In this document: positions 39,549-51,399 of the stretch, piece after piece | How positions within the stretch are numbered: the stretch's first letter is position 1 | Layout: each line of letters starts with the position of its first letter | Assembly (NCBI GenBank): GCA_012026655.1 | Contig: JAAILG010001079.1 | Coordinates: forward strand, 1-64,000 | Source: Hydrolagus affinis | Taxonomy: Eukaryota | Length of the DNA stretch: 64,000 nt | Direction: 5' to 3' | Made by a program: the position numbers and the translations under genes | Notes under the pieces: generated by a model | Databases searched by the model: none | Told to the model about the DNA's origin: nothing | The model's input: the letters and a program-made list of their open reading frames with translations, nothing else

Positions 39549-39940
39549 TTGTCTAAACAAATTAGATCAAATGATCTTGAGGATCACAATTCTGATCACA
39601 CATTCCACCAAATAATTGACTTGCAGCTATTCAGTGCAGGTGGCAATCAACCTACCTATTAGGCTATTTACCCTATGATAAGAGCATGTTTTATTGAGCA
39701 GATTCCAAGCTGTGCCAGGCAACATCGTGATTATGCCTGAAATTAATCTTCCCAATCCCATTTAAAAATCTAATGTTCAGGATACCTTGCCCATTCTGCT
39801 CCTCTAGTGACCTCTGATGTTGTATGTTATTTTTAATAATAATAGTTGCATTTGATATAGCATCTGAGATGGGTTACAAGGAAAAAGTGGTTGAGACCAG
39901 AATTGAAGTGTCATTCAAGAATTAGGTTAATTACTGGAAT

Positions 39941-40428
39941 GGAGTCCTGTTGCTGAGTGCTTAGAGCACGTGCTTAGCAAGCGAAAGGACCTGGGTTTGA
40001 TGTCTGAGTAGGGGGAAACTTTGGGCAAGTTTCCTTACTCCACACACCTGATTTCCTATCAGTAAGCAGGACCTCGGTTATTAGTCATAGCAGATCTTTT
40101 TTTCCAGGGGTAGTACAGTATTCCCTTCAAAATAAATCAATCAATAAATAATAATAATTTGGTCACTCAATTGCACTTATCAATGTCCCACAAACAACTA
40201 TGGAATTATTGATCAATTTTAGTGCCCTGATAATAATTCCTCAAGAAAAAATAAAATAATAATTTAGTCACTCAATCCACGACTGTTTGTGGGATATTGC
40301 TGTGCACAATTGGCTGCCGGGTTTCGCCCACAAATATACAGTCAATTCACTTTACAGGATATTCTGTGAAATGTTTTTAGACATTTTGAAGACGTGATAC
40401 AGCATTATATCAAATGTAAGGATTATTA
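39941..40428 (+). mobile_element. tRNA-headed SINE (long variant) with internal duplication and inversion
   Basis: GGAGTCCTG head. AATAATAATTT.GTCACTCAAT occurs twice with an inverted SINE piece (about 40182-40220) between. Confidence 0.85.
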
Positions 40429-43369
40429 GTGGGGGGATTGTTGTCCATGGCACTGGGAGAAACTCCCTTCTGTAAATCTTGTTTTTCTTGTTAAGTCACT
40501 TCAAGAGCACACTTCCTTTCTTGATGGACCTCAGATTGATGACACTGATTCCATCTAGTTTGCTGTTATTTCTCCCAGAGAACATAGACTAGTCCTCGTA
40601 GCTAGCAACCTCAGAAGCGAAGGATATGGTTTCTCAATGTGCCTCCTGCAAACACTAGCAGCAGCAGCAGGAGCTATGTGAGTGTCAACAAAGTAAATTA
40701 ACCAGCTGACTGGGAATAGTTGAAGAGTCTTCATCACATGATGCTTTCATGGCCTTTGTCCTTTCCTATCTGCTCAATTACAGAATACGAAAAATAGAAT
40801 TAGAAAACTCTTTCTAAAATGCGATTTTTGAAGTGTGTAGGAATCTTCCAGCAACACAAACCACAAAGAATGAAAAAAGACAAAAGCAAAAAGGATTAGG
40901 TGAATAGGGATTTAAATCAGGAACAAATTGTGGTTTGACACATATCAGGATTTTGCTATGTCAAATGCACATGCAGGGTAGATCTGATTGTAGTTTATAA
41001 CAAAAGCAGATGCTTACTACATGACCTCTGAATTCCAGCCTAATTTATTTTATAGGACACTTTTGCCAAAGTAAAATAGGCAGGTGAAAGATTAAAGCAT
41101 TATAGATTAAGGAGTGCACTTAATACTGAATAACAAATATGTTGCTTTGTAGAGCCAGAAAAAAAACATTTTTCTTTTGCTACTGACACATACAGTATCA
41201 TCTCCAAAGAGTTCAAGAGACTGCAGGATTGTTATCCTAATACATTCAGAATATATTTTTATTTCCATTCCACCACATAATACTGAAAATCCTCCTGTGT
41301 TCAATTATCTGTATCTACCTCATCCCTGAATCACACTGAAAAACCAGGTTCACACTTAGGTTAAGAACATGCATTTACCTAAAAAATATGGGTTTCTCAA
41401 ATATCTACACAATTAACATCACCATATCAATAAGTATTATCATCAAGAGGTGTCAATCATGTAGCAAATTTAGCTTCAGGGAAACAAAACAATTTGAATT
41501 ATAGTGCAGCCTTTTTACATGGCTTCCTTTAAATTGGATAATGATGGGGCTTTTCATTAGGTTTCTTGTGGTGTAATAGATTACAATATTCACCTTTTGA
41601 CCTTGGTGATGAATGCCTCAAGTGAAAGTGCGTGGCAACCTCGTCTCCTGGTGAAGACAAGGTAGTTAAATAACTGTAAGTAACACTGGACTGGAAGAAG
41701 ACAGATATGCAATACATAGACTATGGGTGAAAATACATCAATGCGAGAGAGCAGCAGCTTTGCCATCTGCTTCATGCAGCAGCAGCTGTATTTTTTGTTT
41801 CAATAAATATATTAGTATGATCTAAAATATCCCATGTTTTTTCACTCATGGATTTTCACTAACTGATTCAACCATAGTTTTAAGCAAACCGGTCAAATGC
41901 AGAAATGGAACACAACCTCCCCACCCCCTCCTCCCGACAATACTGTACTGAAAGCTAATAAGATCCAACAGAGACGATTTTGAATGCACACAGTGAAAAG
42001 TGTCCTACATATAAAATATTGCCTGAGCACAGTTCAATTTCTGTTGGAGAAATAATTCCATTTCTTCCTCAAATACAATTTTGGTAACTTCATAGATAAT
42101 TCCATGAATCACTTGGAATTCAGCTGCTTAACTGAATAGAGGGAGAAATTGAAGGGAAGAGGTGACAGGATGCGAGGAAATCTTTAATCCCAGTCAATGT
42201 CGCTGCCTTGTTTTGTAATGTAATGGTGATGAGAACCGAGGTAACTTAGTAGGTGCATAGGAAATAGTAATTTTATTAAAATATTTATCACCAAATTATG
42301 AGATATTTTGGCACCAAATATACTGCAATTGCTGCACAGTATTTTTCCACTGGTGATATGTTTTCCTCATTCAGCATATAATTAGTCAGGTTCCATTGCA
42401 GCGTTTGCAAATGGAGTTTCAGTGATGTAGAAGAAATTAAATTTAACCCCTGCCCTCCACTGAACCAATCATTTCTTGAAGTCATTTGTTTTGCCTTTAT
42501 TTTGATGACTTGAACTTTTGTTCACCTGAAATAAAATGTTTTTTTCTTAACAGCAAAACTGTTGCATCAGGTTCACTCCCCAGAATACAAATCGAAGATA
42601 CTGTCGGAGATTCTTATTACATTATGCTGCAAACACTATCAGCAGGAAAAAAAGACATTAAAGGATACATGGAAAGAGCTGGAAAATGGGAAAGTGGAAA
42701 AAAAAGGCAAATTGAACAAAAAAATGGCAGAGACACGATGGACTAAATGGAACTGAATTTGTCAATGTTTCTGTATTACAAAAGCTTTCAAAGAAACATT
42801 GCAATGTTTAGCCAGATCCCTAATTGTATCATTGCTGTAACCTATAGCTGTCATTTCTTCAAACTGCCAAACAGGGACCTACAGTATTTGTTTCGCTTTG
42901 ATGTAGGAATGATTTCTGCTATAGATCCCCCGTTGTATCTTTCCCATGTTTCCCATTGCATTTCAGTCCTGTCAGAGTTACTTACACAAGATGAGACCTG
43001 GAATGTCCATAATCAGCACTACCCAATGGCCACATAAAAGCTTCCATTTTGTTCTGCTGATAAGAAATCATGTCCGTGATGGTTATTTATCATTCCACAG
43101 TGCTCCTTTCAAGACGTTACAATCAATTTCCTAGTGGCCTTCAGTGTTCATGCAAACCCTGGATTATGTAATGAATTTGGTCAGATCAAAGAATTTTGGT
43201 AACAAGCCAGCACGAATCAGACTTATAGTAACAGTTCTGTCTGTTCAAAGATATACAATAGAATCACACAAACACATTACACACTAAGGAGTTGTGCAGT
43301 ACAGCTTCAGCTTCAATTATTTGTTTTACTGAAGCTGGTGGAAGGTTTTTAAATCACATATTTTTTCTC

Positions 43370-43650
43370 TGTCTTTCAGATTAGTCAAAAACATAGGTCC
43401 TGTCTGCCTGTTCCAGTTGACATTAAAGATATCTCAACAATATTTGAAAAGAGAAAGGAGTTTTGTCCATTGACCTGGCTGTGAATCCTCTAGATTAGTT
43501 TATAATTTACTTTATGGTGCTTGTGACAGCTTGTTGGTGTAAATGGCTGCTATATTTGCCTACAAAATTACTAGAATGACGGTTATTACTTATGAAATGT
43601 TTTAAGACATTTACACATGGCAACACGTTATAAAATGCAGGCTCTTTCTC
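43370..43650 (+). mobile_element. Deu-domain SINE relic
   Basis: GTCTTTCAGAT..GGTCCTGTCTGCCTGTTC..GACATTAAAGAT..AAATGGCTGC. Confidence 0.6.
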
Positions 43651-44734
43651 TCTTCACTTAACACTTGATTCATCATTCGAACCTTGAACATCTCCTTGAC
43701 TGCAATCAATGCCACTCCATGATCAGACAAGAGCATAAGTCAATAAATGTATGTGTGTGTGTGAGGGGAGAGGGGGAATCTCCTCCCTCAAGGGTATGGT
43801 GTTAAGTGAGTGAAGATAAAACAGAGACTGCAACAACAGCATACGCAAAAAAAGACAGAATATTTCAAATAAGCGTCCAAATGAAAAAGTTTAAAAGTAT
43901 AGCTGATGTATAAATTCTCCAATGCGCATTAGTCAACCGAGTAGTACACCTTCTGCATGCTATTTATTAGCTAGTTTGCATCTACAGTGTGTCACTTACT
44001 ATGTTTGCTTGAAATGCAGTCTTCACATATGTGAACTCTCAGCTTCTGTTTTGGATTGAAATCTGGCAGCAGAGAATGATGGTGAACAGATCAAGCTCTT
44101 TCTTGGGGGTCATTGTCAGGATGAGATGTTCAGACAGCTGTTCATGGTCCCTTGCTAGTCACACAATGCATAAATGATTTGAAATTATAACTTTCCTGAT
44201 AATACCAAGCTACATAACACTTGAATGATTTAAAAAGATACACACTGTTCAAAGGTATCTGGATTATTCAGAAGGTTTCTTAAGGAGTGGCAGATGAATG
44301 TTGGTACATGTGTAGTGTAATCGGAAACATCATGCCTAAATCCCAACCAGATATTTATTTGTGGGATTATGTATTGCCTCCAATCAAAAATGGACATAAG
44401 CAAAGTGCTGGAGGAAGGTGATCATTCTATTAAAGTTTCCTGTCAATACAAAAGTGCTTTCAATAATGTTCATTAAATACCTGCTTGCAATTTAGAGGAA
44501 ATGTAGGCAGAACATTTATGGTACAAAGGTCATTCAACCCATCATGTCTGTTTTAGTCTCAGTTCCCCCACTGGAGGTATGCACTCTAACCCAATTTCCC
44601 TGTTCTTTCTCTATCATGTCTGTTTTGGTGCGAGTCTCTCAATTGAAGCAGTCCGGCGTGAAGGGCGCTTATCTTGCAATTTGTATCTATTCTAATCTAT
44701 CTTCTATGGCTTAGCCCATCAACTAGTTGATTCC

Positions 44735-44955
44735 AAAAACAGAAGTTGCTGGGGAAACTCAGCAGATCAGGCAGCATCTGTGGAGAAAGGAAAAAGAGTC
44801 AATGTTTTGGGTCTTCAAGTTCTGACGAAGGGTTGTAGACCCGAAACATTGACTCTTTTTCCTTTCTCCATGGATGCTGCCTGACCTACTGAGTTTCCCC
44901 AGCAACTTCTGTTTTTGTTTCAGATTCCCAGCATCTGTAGTATTTTGTGTTTTGG
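44735..44955 (+). mobile_element. Palindromic Penelope-like non-autonomous retro-insertion with 14-bp TSD
   Basis: 80-bp inverted arms at 44735-44814 and 44837-44916. Identical AACTAGTTGATTCC at 44721-44734 and 44956-44969. Hammerhead core in the centre. Confidence 0.8.
44818..44854 (+). ncRNA. Minimal type-I hammerhead ribozyme motif
   Basis: AGUU-CUGACGA-A-GGGU(UGUAG)ACCC-GAAA-C-AUU/GACU. Both conserved boxes are present, with a 4-bp helix II and helix I AGUU/GACU. Helix III is vestigial. Confidence 0.7.
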
Positions 44956-45384
44956 AACTAGTTGATTCCGATCCCTTTGAATGTTATCAGTTTCCTTGTG
45001 CATTAGTTTGGTTATTTGGTGACATTTTCAGATGATCACAGTGAGGGATGTCAGAACAAGGTTTTCCTCCTTTGGCATCAGAGTCTGAAATTGCTCACGG
45101 CCTTAGCCTAAACCATTCATTTTAAATTTAAGTTTGTGCAAAATTAAAAAAAATTCTTCAACCCAGTTTTAATCTGGATGCTGGTTTTCCACAGATCTTC
45201 GGCAACTTCTCAACAACAGCTTTTAAATCAAGATTAAGTCAGAATCAAGGATCCCAGATCACAAAAAATACAACCAACTGCAGAGTCAATTTATTTTGAG
45301 AGTCAATTTATTTTGAGAATATACCATAAATTTAGTTTTTGAAGATCATCCAGTACAAAAACAACAATTGAATACTCCTCGCAG

Positions 45385-45500
45385 TTCCTTGCATTTGATA
45401 CAGTGCTTTTCACATCTTATCGACGTCTCAAAGCGCTTCACAGAATATACTATGAAGTGAATTGACTGTATATTTGTGGGCGAAATGCGGCAGCCAACTT
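45385..45500 (-). mobile_element. SINE 3' fragment (young, CpG-retaining)
   Basis: CCTTGCATTTGATA..CGACGTCTCAAAGCGCTTCACAGAATATAC..GGGCGAAATGCGGCAGCCAA. Confidence 0.8.
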
Positions 45501-45599
45501 GCATTTATTTTGCACCCTTAATATATATCCAGTATGACAGCATCATGATATTTCCCACCTCCAATCTTTTTATTGCTAAATGCACTGAAAATGCTGTTT

Positions 45600-46750
45600 C
45601 ATGGACTTGGAACTCATATGGTCCAAGCTGACGTATTGTTCGAGGTGCCATCCTTCAGATGAGATGTTAACCCAAGGTCCTTCTACCTGTTCAGTTTGAT
45701 GTTAAAATGCCAATAATCTCTCAAATAATATTGATCACTCACAGCATAAATGTTTGTGGAACATTGCTGTGTGCAAAAGTGGCCACTGTGTGTACCATGC
45801 CAGCCTCTGACACCGCTTCTCCCTCATCCACCTTAGTAAGATCAACCGTAACCCTAATCCTGGTTCAAGTCCTTCACTTTGTCTCCTCCAAAGCTTTCTC
45901 CTCCCACCCCCGCCTGGTCACTTGTGGTGTACCCCATAATTGACAGAACATTTATGGTACAAAGGTCTCCATCCTTGGCCCCCTCCTCTTACTTATCTGT
46001 ATGTCCTCTTGGCGATGTCATCCATAGACAATGGGATAAACTTCCACATTTGTACAGATGACACTACTTCTTCTCCTACAGCTGCGGTTGCAGATCTGAT
46101 GATGTTCTCTCAGCTTGTTTGGCAGACATCAGGTCCTAGATGAGCAAAACCTCCAACAACTAAATGTTGATAAGACGGAACCCTTATCCGTCAACATCTT
46201 CTATACTGTGACTCTAATCTCCGCAACCTCCCCACCCTATTCCTCAGGCTTACCAAACCAGTGCTCAACCTAGGCATCAGATTCAACCCACAGCTGTCCT
46301 TACTTCCCCACATCTGGTCCCTAACCAGGACTGCCTTCCTCCACTTCTGCCACATTGCCCGCCTCCGACTGTATCTTACCATGGACTCAGGCAAAACACT
46401 CATCCATGCATTCGTCAATTCCCAACATATCCCTCATGCCCTCCGATTTACCATTGATGACCGCGCTGTTTGCCACTATGCCTCGAAACTCTGGAACACT
46501 CTTCCTCTATGCCTCTGCCTTGCTTTTACCTTTCCCATCTTCGGGTCGTCATACGAAGACTGTGGTCCTCCGCTACTGTCGAGCACTCTGGGACTTTACC
46601 CTGCATGAGGGGCACTATGTGAATGTAAGTTGTTGCTGCTCTTGTGTACCTATAAAATACACAGTCAAATACACTTTATAGTGTATCCTGTGAGGTGCTC
46701 TGAGATGACCACCCAATGTTAAAGGTGCTGTATCTAATGCAATGATTATT
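45600..46750 (+). mobile_element. Deu-domain SINE split by an L2 insertion
   Basis: Deu motif GAGGTGCCATCCTTCAGATGAGATGTTAA at about 45640. The tail resumes after 46650. Confidence 0.7.
45797..46642 (+). mobile_element. L2 LINE relic with RT-domain remnants, 8-bp TSD
   Basis: CGVP..GSILGPLL..PLGDVI..GINFHICTDDT (YADD-like) and NLGIRFNPQLSLLPHI..AFLHFCHIARLR. TSD TGTGTACC at 45789-45796 and 46643-46650. Confidence 0.85.
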
Positions 46751-48429
46751 TCTTAAGTATTGATTCATATAGGATTATTTCAACCAACAGAAAGAAAAGA
46801 TGTTGGATGGTTTTGAAGCCCCAAAGCTGAGGGCTCAAACTGGTATACTATCCAAATCAGCTCATCTGATTCTTGTCCAGTTTGTCTGCAGTTACTATAT
46901 CTGAGTGATGGGTAGCACTGCAGAGCAGTACTTCCCACCTCCCCTCTCACTGTCCGCAGCAGCTTTGCTTGTTGAGAATAACTGTGATATTGTCTTTGAA
47001 ATCTAATGCCAAAGCTTCAGTTTTAACAAACCAAATAACAAGCTTAACCAAGTGGAAACAAGCAAAGCTTGCCTGACTCCCTTGGTGAAACTAGAACAAC
47101 TCTCTTGTCTGAGCACATTTTCATATTGATGTACACATTAGAAATGACAAATGGAAACTGATCATATTAAAGTAGTGATAGTCTTAAACCCCTGTCAGAC
47201 TATTTATAGTCCACAACAAACCATCCAACATCTAAAGAACAGCTCTGTCTGTACACTGTGCTTAGGGAGTACAAGTCAAGAAAAATATATCTGCTGTTCA
47301 GGTGATAACCCTGAATGTTAAGGACTCCACTTCTAATAGTTTAGTGTGTAATTTATGATCACTAAGAGACAGTAAATAACACAGCAGCAATTGCATTGGG
47401 AAATAAAGTATAAAATATTATAACTGAAAACAACAACAACAAATTACATTTGTAGAGTGCCTTTCACATTGAGAAGATATCCCAAAGCGCTGGGAGAAGG
47501 TTAAAAGAATGAATTATACAAAAAGTATACTTGTCTAGTCTCTTCATGTATGAACAAAATATTTATATGTTAATCCTTGCATTTGATATTGGACCTTAGC
47601 ATGTTATTTTGTCATTTCAAAGTCCTTCATGGGTTATTCGGTAAAGTAAATGGGGCTGTGTGTATTTTGTGGATGAATAGCCCACAGAATAAAAATAGAC
47701 AATAAGTTGCATTTGTAAAGCATTGTCTACTTTACACTTGTGAGTAGGTACCTCTAAACAGTGTGGCATTAGGAAAACACAAATAGTTCACCTTAGTAAC
47801 TGACAGATTAGATCGAGCTGAACTGACTCCAAGGTGATGTATTTGGCAATGGAATGTCAGAACAAGTCAAAAGTCTGTGGCGGCTTTGGCAGTCTGGTTC
47901 CTGAGCCATGTGGATCTGTCGTACTCTAAGACATTGCTGATGAAAACCAACAAGCCTGGCTCATCAACAGGACTTGGAGGGGCAGAGTGGGGAAAACAAT
48001 TCTTCCCAGCTCTGGTTAACCCTGCACGTCAAAGCACTAACTGGCAGGGTGGTCGTAGCAGGACAAGCAGCGAGAAAGCTTTCCTGATAGTACTTTCAAT
48101 GGAAAGCTGAGCAGTTTTAGCTGGTGACATTACAGCAGTACTCCAACATCCACTCTTCAGTTCCCAAGCCTTGGCTTTCACCAACCTGCACCTAATAGGC
48201 TTCAGAGTCAAGTAGCTAGGGTGCAGCCCTTGAGGGAGAGAGTCCACACTCTAATCCAAACATAGATACATTTTCATATATAGCAGCCATACATATGTGG
48301 AATTCTAATTCTGGTTTGGATACTTTTAAGTATGATGATGGATTTCTGCATTTGTCAGAAACCTGCAATTCCCCCCAAAATTCTGCTTCTCTAATATAGT
48401 ACAACTGAAACATGCAGTGGTCTTCAGAT

Positions 48430-48585
48430 CAAAGGTATCCAACCTTTATTGGTCATCCAGCAAAATGCATTTTCTTGATTGAATATTTCTTGATTTATGC
48501 CGTAAATCAGACTTACCTGGACACTTGCGAATATTCAGGGGCCCACTTCTTGACAGACTCATGGGCCACAGGTGGGCCACCACTA
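48430..48585. mobile_element. Degenerate hAT-type MITE
   Basis: CAAAGGTATCCAACC ... GGGCCACAGGTGGGCCACCACTA resembles CAGGGGTGTCCAA...TTGGCCACCACTG hAT ends. Confidence 0.3.
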
Positions 48586-48684
48586 CTTTAGATGAACACA
48601 AGTTCTGCATGATTCATTCTGCAATCAAAAATGCAACACAGGTCCAAAAATGAAAGATTCATAAAAACAACCAATTAGTTAATC

Positions 48685-48819
48685 GGGTTGTGACAAAAGG
48701 TCATTGACCTGAAATGTTAACTCGTTTTCCTCTCACCATAGATGCTGACCTGCTGCATATTCCCAGAGACTTCTGCTTTCAAATCAGATTTCTAGCGTTT
48801 GCAGTATTTAGCATTTTTT
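48685..48819 (+). mobile_element. Decayed copy of the Penelope-like hammerhead element, 10-bp TSD
   Basis: Homologous to 44818-44955 (GATGCTGACCTGCTG..TCCCAG..CTTCTG..CAGATT..GCAGTATTT). TTAGTTAATC at 48675-48684 and 48820-48829. Confidence 0.7.
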
Positions 48820-49733
48820 TTAGTTAATCTGTAATGTGTTTGCAGGTAGTCATATTATAGTGAAGATGCACAGTTATACTACAGCCAGTGTCAAACAAAG
48901 AGGTATAAATGTACATCCGAGAAAAATCCATTACAAGCATACATTCTCCATCCTGCTACATTTTGCATCCACCAAACAAAATTTAACATATGACTTGTCT
49001 GTTTTTTAAAATCAGAAATTTCTAATGTTTTATTCAAGAAGTGATTTATATGGAAAGCACCATTTTTAATACTAATTTAAAAATACCTAGTTAGGATATA
49101 ACGGTACCCCAGTATTTCTCTTGTGGTTATGCAGCAGTGTTATATCAACTATTTTTAGTTTAGATATTTATTATGAATAAACTGAAAACACAGGAGATAT
49201 AAATTAAGCAAGAGATACAACCCCCTATTTTAGGTAAACATTACCCTCAATCCCCATCCATTCAGTCCTGAAGACATTCTCTAGAATGACCACAATTTAC
49301 TCATTTCTGCTTTCAGCCCTTTCACTATTAATACAAAGCTATGAACTACATTTATCTAATATCTATGTTAAAACATCTCAACAGCACATCTATCTGCAGT
49401 GACTGTCTGAACACCAATTAACGAGTTTTATGATCTTTTCTCCAATTCAGAAAGCCTGAAATATTTTCACAGTATCTGTCATTCTATCATCTCGCTGTGA
49501 TAAAAATGCATGCAAACACAGAAAGCTTCACAGAGGCTCTGTCAATCAGTACTCAGCCAGCATGTACTCAAAGACACTTTTCATCTCGCCTGTTTTATTC
49601 CACATTAAAGGAACTGTCAATCTACAGGCAGGGAATAGGTTTCAGATAATCTGCCTCACTTTTGGTGTTCCAGTCACATACTGTCATCTAGTTTGGGTTC
49701 TCCTCCTTTAAAATTGTTGAACAGATTCAAATC

Positions 49734-49826
49734 TGACCACCTCCACCTGACAACATGGCCACCTGACGATTTTGTGCTGACCATCTGACTATCTCCTCCG
49801 ATCAATTCCACCTGACCACCTCCATC
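49734..49826. repeat. Degenerate short tandem repeat (CCACCTGAC-like units)
   Basis: Repeated CTGACCACCTCCA / CCACCTGAC words. Confidence 0.45.
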
Positions 49827-49884
49827 ACAATGGGTTGATCCAAAGCCTTTTAAAAAAATTATTCAGCTGGCATCTTACATATAG

Positions 49885-50197
49885 TAATAATAATAATTAC
49901 ATTTGAGATAGCACTTTTCACATCTTATCGATGTCTCAAAGCACTTCACAGAATATACTGCAAAGTGAATTGACTGTATAGTTGTGGGTGAAGCGCGGCA
50001 GCTAATTGCGCACAGAAGAGTCCCCGCAAATAGTTGTGGATTTAAATTACCAATTTTATTATTGTGTTTTTTTTGTTCGGATTATTAGGCATGTGGAGTA
50101 AGGAAACTTGCCCAAGGTTTCGCCCTGATCTGCCTGGATTCAAACACAGGTCTCACACTTGTAAGGCGAGTGCTCTAACCACTGAGCTACAGGAGCT
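49885..50197 (-). mobile_element. Full-length tRNA(Val)-headed SINE (short variant)
   Basis: Minus strand: GTAGCTCAGTGGTTAGAGCACTCGCCTTACAAG (anticodon TAC), B box, body and (ATT)n tail. Confidence 0.9.
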
Positions 50198-50734
50198 CTT
50201 GAATGGCTTCCCGTTTAAACATTGCTATGGTCTGAGCCTCATTTGCCAAATGTGGTAAATACTGTAGTAAAGGATTCCACATTCCATTAATATAGAATAA
50301 AGAGCTGAGAAGAAAAATACAAACAACTTGAGCACATTTTTTTAAAAAGCTCATCCATCAAAGCAGAGCCAAAAGGAATACTTGATGTCTTCATGTTATT
50401 TTACTTTCACCTCACACATGGTCACGTTGCAGTATCAATACAACATATCATAATATAGCTAGATCTCATTATTACAAACCTGCAGGACCACTAAAGGAGT
50501 TCTTATCCTATTGATTTTGAGCTCCTCTACTGACTACTGTATAATGGAGCTTCCACTGGGACTAGCGAGAAAAAAATATTTGTTGCCATATTTGTCACTG
50601 CTGTCAAACCAATTCTAGACTGCAAGCTGTGTAGACGGGTCATATACATAATGGGGAGGGTGGGGTGGTGGTAAATATATTCTATAAGTTGGTGGTGGGG
50701 TAGAATTTTTTCAATTCAAGATTTCTATTTGTTT

Positions 50735-51030
50735 GTTTTGGATGAAATGTTAAGGTGAGGTGCTGTCTGCCTCATTCACCTGGTCAATAAAAGACCCCAC
50801 AACCACTATTCAGCGAAAGGAGTTTTTCCCAGTGTCTTGGTCATCAATCCTCTAGGTTAATTGGTTAGTCAGCTCAGAACTGTAAGTGGAATCATGCAAG
50901 TGCAAATAGCTGCCATGTTTGTTTTCAGAAACGGGTACTACTGGAAAACACTTGACAGTAATTACCTCTAAAGTGTTTTGAGACATTTTTAGCATGATAT
51001 GACACTAGGCAAATTCAAATTCATTTTTCT
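50735..51030 (+). mobile_element. Deu-domain SINE relic
   Basis: GGATGAAATGTTAA..GAGG..GTCTGCC..AAAGACCCC..CACTATTC..CAGTGTCTTGG. Confidence 0.55.
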
Positions 51031-51399
51031 TTCTACAGCTAAAAAGAGGATTTTTACACTATTGCTTCCTTGATAATATACAATATGGTTGATGCTTAAC
51101 AAAAAACCCTCATAACTTCTTGGTGAGAACATTAACACTATTTGTCTGTCTAACCATTTATCTACTTATTCTCTGTAGGTTTTGTACTAGAAAGTGAGTC
51201 AATGTGTTTAAATGCCATCTATTTCCTCAAGGAAATTGTAAATTATATTTAGGAAGAAAAATCATCTAAAATTACCATCGCCCTCGAAGAATATACTAAC
51301 TGGAAAGGAATAAATTTATCCTATCTGTTGTACAGAACCTTTCTGAATACCTATATCAACTATTTAAATAATCCTTGCATTTGCATATTTCTTCAGATT

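Noticed and set aside
39141-39662. 173-aa ORF (also 62402..62959, 185 aa) as a host gene
   Set aside because: Chimeric read-through of SINE and frameshifted L2 ORF2 remnants.
40579-40677. 99-bp plus-strand AG/GT-bounded segment as an exon
   Set aside because: Unrecognisable peptide and weak donor context. Such matches are expected by chance in 64 kb.
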